Of a stretch of DNA of 64,000 bases, positions 59,178-64,000 are shown one piece after another; position 1 is the stretch's first letter, and each line of letters begins with the position of its first letter. The DNA is taken from the NCBI GenBank assembly GCA_016839585.1, contig JAEOTZ010000017.1, forward strand, positions 1 to 64,000, read 5' to 3'. The notes under the pieces were generated by a model. The model was not told the origin of the DNA and did no database searches. It saw nothing but the letters and a program-made list of their open reading frames with translations. This stretch comes from Promethearchaeota archaeon. Its GTDB lineage: Archaea; Asgardarchaeota; Lokiarchaeia; Sigyniarchaeales; SOKP01. A program made the position numbers and the translations under genes.

Positions 59178-59495
59178 TTACTTTTCAGCTTGGGAGAGCT
59201 CTAATGCGTTGCCGTTAATGCAATAATACCCCCAACGGAGACCCATTGTTCTAGTAATTGGGCATTGCCCACATAAACAAGCTTTCTTCTCAGTTATTAC
59301 GGAACTCTTTCCCACCATACAAAAAGCAAGAGATTCTTCTCCAGTTCCCTCATAACTTGGACATTTTCCGCAATACTCCCTACACATATATATTATTTGT
59401 TCACGACCATTCTTCTGTTGTTTTTCTGACATCTTGCTGTATAGCATTTTCATTTTTTCTTCAAAAGTGGCAGTTTTGAAATTTTTTTCCGACAT
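59178..59495 (-). CDS. DUF2769-like Cys-rich protein
   Basis: C...CGKCPSY...FC..GKS......CLCGQCP...YYC..G. Confidence 0.75.
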   Translation of the reverse strand: MSEKNFKTATFEEKMKMLYSKMSEKQQKNGREQIIYMCREYCGKCPSYEGTGEESLAFCMVGKSSVITEKKACLCGQCPITRTMGLRWGYYCINGNALELSQAEK

Positions 59496-59599
59496 TAGTA
59501 TTATAACACTTTATTTCTTTCTGAATTTGATGTAATTATGAATCAACATGAAAATCTATTAAATTTTATTAAAAAAAAAGATTGATTTTTTGGCTTTTC

Positions 59600-60304
59600 T
59601 TATCTTAAACCCACGTACATAAACCAAAAACTACTCAAGTACCCAATTCTTACGATAATCACCATAAAACCTGGCGCAGTTAAACCTTCTAAAAGTCCGA
59701 AGATACAAAAGCAAAAAACTCCAATTGAGAGAAAATAGAATTTCTTTTTTATTTCGCCTGTTGATTGAAAAGCTTTATATAAAAATCCAAATCCAAGAAA
59801 AATCAATACTGACAATAAAAAACTACCCATTAACATGCCGGCAAGTGTATTCAAATTAACATTATAGTCAATTAATCTGTCAGGAGGAGTTGTAGTAGGT
59901 TCATCAAAATAGAAAGAACCTAGTGGATCCATAAATATGACGAATTCAAAAACTATGCTTAAAATTAAAAATATTAACACAATATACCACTTTATATTCG
60001 GTGTTAGAAGTTCAGCCCCTATAAACATTGATACAATAATTACTGGACCAAACCATATATAGCTTAAAATTCCAACCAATCCATTCGTATTATCGATGTT
60101 ATTTTCTGTTAATACAACTAGCAAAAAATCTAAAAACACTCCTAAAAACATAAGACCTGCAAGTAAATTTGCTAAACCTAAATAGAAAAGAAGTTTTGCT
60201 TTCCTTTTTCTTGATACATAAAAAAAGAATAAACCAAAAATTATTCCGAAAATTACCACACCTGAGGCAGTAATACCATCGATCCAACCATCTGTAGAAA
60301 CCAT
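59600..60304 (-). CDS. 7TM protein of the 7TM-RING family, lacking the RING
   Basis: Shares N..GI.SYIW, FMDPLGS, LID, KAFQSTG..KKKF, VRIG motifs with the paralogs; ends right after TM7. Confidence 0.8.
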   Translation of the reverse strand: MVSTDGWIDGITASGVVIFGIIFGLFFFYVSRKRKAKLLFYLGLANLLAGLMFLGVFLDFLLVVLTENNIDNTNGLVGILSYIWFGPVIIVSMFIGAELLTPNIKWYIVLIFLILSIVFEFVIFMDPLGSFYFDEPTTTPPDRLIDYNVNLNTLAGMLMGSFLLSVLIFLGFGFLYKAFQSTGEIKKKFYFLSIGVFCFCIFGLLEGLTAPGFMVIIVRIGYLSSFWFMYVGLR

Positions 60305-60493
60305 TATGAAATTTCACCAACAAGAATATTAATATTCGATTTTAGTTCGAATAAATTATTTTATTAGTCTTAATACAAATATATAATTTTTTCTAAATTA
60401 TATTAATGAATTGTTATTTTTCTTATTTGATGAGACATAAATAGGATAAAAAGACAAGACTCTTTGAATTTTTTAAGGTAAAATGAATTTTAA

Positions 60494-60775
60494 CTAATCT
60501 TTAATTTTTTCTAAAATTGACAAGATTCTATAGATCGTAGTCCGGCTATGAAAGGGTATGTTTGGATCTTGCGAGAGATCATCAACCATATACATTATAT
60601 TGCTCGAAAGAACGCCAGCAGTTTCATCTTCTCTCTTTAACTCATTAATGCATCTTTGAGAGATTCTTTTTATATTTCTAGGAACAGAACGATCATTAAT
60701 CATTCCTTGTAATAACTGTTCCACATTCTCAAAAACTTCCTTAACTTCCTTGCTAAATTCTTTTACCCTTGTCAT
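60494..60775 (-). CDS. UPF0147 family protein
   Basis: D.SVPRNI.R...DPNIP.H.RT.I..I.S.LE. Confidence 0.88.
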   Translation of the reverse strand: MTRVKEFSKEVKEVFENVEQLLQGMINDRSVPRNIKRISQRCINELKREDETAGVLSSNIMYMVDDLSQDPNIPFHSRTTIYRILSILEKIKD

Positions 60776-60907
60776 AGAACAAAATCACCCAAAATAACGA
60801 TTATAGTGAATAAAGGGTTTTAATTCTGAAATATTTCTTAAAATATAATTTTTTTGATTTTTTAAGACTTATAAAATAAATCATTAATGAAATGATAAAA
60901 AAAATCT

Positions 60908-63820
60908 TTAATAAATACCAAATTCACGAATTTTTCGCTGTAAATTTGGAAGTTCATTTACATATTCAGTGATCTGACTGTGATATTTATTGAATAACTC
61001 GTTGAAATTAATAAATTTACCTTTATCAATCTCTTTTACAAAATCATAAGAAATTTTTTGTATTTCATCAAAGTTATTATCAAACCGTTCAGTAGTTTCT
61101 ATTAATCTAGGAATTACTTCCTTTCTTTGTTTTCTTACCATATTTCGAAGTTTACCCCTAGGTATCCTAATTGTTTCTATTAATTTATCACATTCACTTA
61201 AGAATTCATAAGACATTGCTCTCTCCTCATCATCAAGTTTTGCTTCGATAATTTCTGTTCTCCATGTGTTTATCCTACCTCTCGCATAAGTATCAAAATT
61301 TAATGAAATAGAATCAATTCCTTCACGAACTAGAAATCTAAGAAAATCTGGGTCATCGCTTGGAGCTTGTCCACAAATACCTACTTTTCTATTAAATTCA
61401 TGAGCAATTTTAATTAAATGGCTTACTGATCTCTTAATTGCTTCACTATTTGTATTATAATTATAATAATTCATTAAGGGGATCATTTTTTCGTTGTCTC
61501 GTCCCACTCCATACGTAAGTTGAGTCAGATCATTAGATCCTATACTGAACCCATCAAAATATTGACTAAATATATCCGCACAGATAATATTTGATGGGAT
61601 TTCAGCCATAACATATACCTTTAATCCATCTTGACCTCTTATTAAACCCTCACTCTTCATAATATCCATTATTTTTTGAGCTTCTTCTGGGCTTCTACAA
61701 AATGGAAGCATAGCTATTATATTTTTTAGACCCCACTCTCTGGCTTTTTTTATCGCTCTTAATTCTAAAATAAATGCATTTTGAAACTCATCATGCACAT
61801 AGCGAGAGCAACCTCGAAATCCTAGCATTGGATTATTCTCTTCACCTTCGTAAATCCAACCACCTATTAGATTCGCATATTCATTAGTTTTGAAATCTGA
61901 AAGTCTTACAACACATTCAGCAATATCCCCATCAGATAATTCTTTCCAAACTCCAGCAGCAATCGTAGCAATTCCTTCTGCCAATTTTTCTATATAAAAT
62001 TCTTCTTTATTGTCATATCCAACTGTTAATTCTCTGATTTTATCAAGGGTTTTTCTTAATTTCAAGATTTCTTGACTAAAAGGGTCTTTATGATATAAAT
62101 CACTTTTTTTAATATTCTCAATTCTTTTTCTTTGTTCTAGTAAAATATCATATCTCATGACTAAAGCTTCAAAATCTAGTAAAGCATTTGGGTGAATTTG
62201 AATCTCATCGTTAATAATAAATTCTAATCTTGCTAAACCTGTTCCGTCTGGATATTTACCAGAAGATAATGCTCCTTTAGGAATACCCGAATTAATGAGA
62301 ACCTTAGTTTGTGTATGTGGAAGTTTTGCAAATTCAATTGTATCAAAATCATATTCTACATCTTTTAGCCAGATTCTCGGCTCTCCTTGGCTACAATCAA
62401 TAGTGATATATTCAATACCTTCACGTTGTTTTTCTTTCATTGTTTCTACTATATTATCAGCTCCTACGATAGACGCTATATTTAATTCTCTTGAAACTAT
62501 AGCAGCATGACAGGTAGGCCCTCCTCTTTCAGTGATTACACCACCTAAATTTTGCATATAAGATGTCCAGTCTGGATTAGTCTCCTCAGTTATTAGAATA
62601 TCACCATCTTTTAAAAAATGTGCGTCATTAATGGATTCTATTACTTTAACTTTTCCATATCCTATTCTTCTTCCAATAGCGATACCTGAATTCTCAATTA
62701 ATAATTCTTCATTAATCAATTTTTCAGGATTCTCAAGAAGATAAAAGATTTCCTCAACATCACCTTTGATGCTATGAACTGTTTCAGGACGAGCTTGCAC
62801 CACGTATACTTTACCATTATTTCCAACAGCCCATTCTATATCCATCCTTCTTTCATAATGAGTTCTTATTTTTTTGGCGTATTCTGCTAATTGTAAAACT
62901 TCTTCATCTGTTAAACAATATTGCATCTGATTTTCTTCTGGTACGGATATTATTTCAGTTCCAATCTTTCTAGTTTCTTTCGTGAAAACCATCATTTTTT
63001 CTTTTTTCACCAGCTCACGACGAATAATTCTAAGTTTTTTTGGGTCATGCTTAAAAACAATGAATTCATCACCCTTTTCTATTCCTTGTACTATTAATTC
63101 ACCAAGACCCCAAGTTCCTCTTATAACAACAACATTTGGATTACCAGAATCAGGATCCTCAGTAAACATCACCCCTGATGCTTTAACACCACCTAAACCT
63201 CCTGCCATTTCTTGAACGCCTACACTTAACTTGACAGCAAAATGATCAAATCCTGCCCTTTCACGATACATTGTTGCCCTTGTGGTGAAGACTGATGCCA
63301 TATCTTTTAATATATATTCTAATAATTCTTTTTCTCCCGATATATTCAAATGAGTATCTTGTTGTCCTGCGAATGAAGCATCTGGTAAATCTTCTGCTGT
63401 TGCTGAACTTCTAACTGCAAATGTTGTTTCATCTCCAATTAGCTTTATTAACTTATGATATGCATCTAAAATTTCATCTCCTAGACTATCAGGAATTTTA
63501 GCTTGTTCTATCACATAACGGGCATTAGCACATATTTTATCGACCTTTTCGATAGATTTAATATCTTCGCTTTTTAGCTCATTAGAAATCCTTCTAATAT
63601 CTCTTGATATTAACTGTCTTAAGGAAACTTCTTTATCTTTTATTGTAAAATAATTTGTATCTAATATATAGTCATATGCCTTTGCTGTTACCGCAAAACC
63701 TAAAGGCACTGGGATTCCAAAACTTAAAAGTTCTCCTAAAGAAGCATTTTTCCCTCCTACTAAAGGCACATCAGTGTTCCGGACTTCTTCGAAAAACTTT
63801 ACGTATACATATTCACTCAT
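60908..63820 (-). CDS. ppsA: Phosphoenolpyruvate synthase (pyruvate, water dikinase)
   Basis: VGGKNASLGE, AVRSSATAEDLPDASFAGQQDT, phospho-His TCHAAIVSRE, NPMLGFRG, FSIGSNDLTQL, GICGQAPSD. Confidence 0.95.
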   Translation of the reverse strand: MSEYVYVKFFEEVRNTDVPLVGGKNASLGELLSFGIPVPLGFAVTAKAYDYILDTNYFTIKDKEVSLRQLISRDIRRISNELKSEDIKSIEKVDKICANARYVIEQAKIPDSLGDEILDAYHKLIKLIGDETTFAVRSSATAEDLPDASFAGQQDTHLNISGEKELLEYILKDMASVFTTRATMYRERAGFDHFAVKLSVGVQEMAGGLGGVKASGVMFTEDPDSGNPNVVVIRGTWGLGELIVQGIEKGDEFIVFKHDPKKLRIIRRELVKKEKMMVFTKETRKIGTEIISVPEENQMQYCLTDEEVLQLAEYAKKIRTHYERRMDIEWAVGNNGKVYVVQARPETVHSIKGDVEEIFYLLENPEKLINEELLIENSGIAIGRRIGYGKVKVIESINDAHFLKDGDILITEETNPDWTSYMQNLGGVITERGGPTCHAAIVSRELNIASIVGADNIVETMKEKQREGIEYITIDCSQGEPRIWLKDVEYDFDTIEFAKLPHTQTKVLINSGIPKGALSSGKYPDGTGLARLEFIINDEIQIHPNALLDFEALVMRYDILLEQRKRIENIKKSDLYHKDPFSQEILKLRKTLDKIRELTVGYDNKEEFYIEKLAEGIATIAAGVWKELSDGDIAECVVRLSDFKTNEYANLIGGWIYEGEENNPMLGFRGCSRYVHDEFQNAFILELRAIKKAREWGLKNIIAMLPFCRSPEEAQKIMDIMKSEGLIRGQDGLKVYVMAEIPSNIICADIFSQYFDGFSIGSNDLTQLTYGVGRDNEKMIPLMNYYNYNTNSEAIKRSVSHLIKIAHEFNRKVGICGQAPSDDPDFLRFLVREGIDSISLNFDTYARGRINTWRTEIIEAKLDDEERAMSYEFLSECDKLIETIRIPRGKLRNMVRKQRKEVIPRLIETTERFDNNFDEIQKISYDFVKEIDKGKFINFNELFNKYHSQITEYVNELPNLQRKIREFGIY

Positions 63821-64000
63821 TATAAGTCAATTATGAGATGTTGTTTAATTTAAAATTTTTTTATTCCTCTAATTATAAATTAAACCTTCATAAAAAAAAT
63901 AAGTATTCTATTAACTGTAAGGAATAATTAATATTAAAAAGAAAAAGAAATATTAAATTTAAGTAAATTCAATATGGAATTAACTTAATAGTCAATTTAT

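Noticed and set aside
3197-63215. Numerous 60-180 aa track ORFs overlapping longer genes (e.g. 3197..3706, 4067..4471, 6209..6652, 49353..49895, 56956..57450)
   Set aside because: Antisense or alternate-frame shadows of well-supported genes, with no motifs of their own.
60908-63820. Intein in the long ppsA
   Set aside because: No Cys/Ser...His-Asn splice junctions or LAGLIDADG motifs seen; the extra length comes from short insertions and a C-terminal extension.
1-64000. rRNA, tRNA, selenoprotein or recoded genes
   Set aside because: No GC-rich structured RNA-like stretch was noticed, and no gene appeared to need TGA/TAG read-through. A covariance-model scan would be needed to exclude small RNAs.

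Overview
This is an AT-rich archaeal chromosome segment. Its gene content points to an Asgard archaeon, most likely Lokiarchaeia (inference): two TFB-like genes, UPF0147, six Rab/Arf-like small-GTPase genes or fragments, longin and uDENN-like domains, and a eukaryote-like ubiquitin set. 1-31.9 kb is mostly transport and metabolism, but includes two P2A-like P-type ATPases with rebuilt transport sites flanking a VMP1/DedA-type scramblase gene, and a CWH43/PGAP2IP-like enzyme. 32-43.8 kb is the main candidate for an undescribed system: JAMM, E1, E2 and a pro-ubiquitin (GG-YYKQ), surrounded by three paralogous 7TM proteins with cytoplasmic C4C4 RING-like fingers and by longin-GTPases. 43.8-45.7 kb looks like a virus/MGE scar between two 5'-truncated genes. 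47.0-55.4 kb is a surface-protein island (SBBP and FG-GAP propellers, LRR) bounded by a perfect 31-bp direct repeat and containing gene relics. 55.5-64 kb holds a wHTH regulator, a 7TM-longin fusion, a uDENN-Rab fusion, a RING-less 7TM paralog and ppsA. I saw no rRNA, tRNA, CRISPR array or transposase. All family calls come from motifs recognised by eye; no searches were run, so novelty is unverified.
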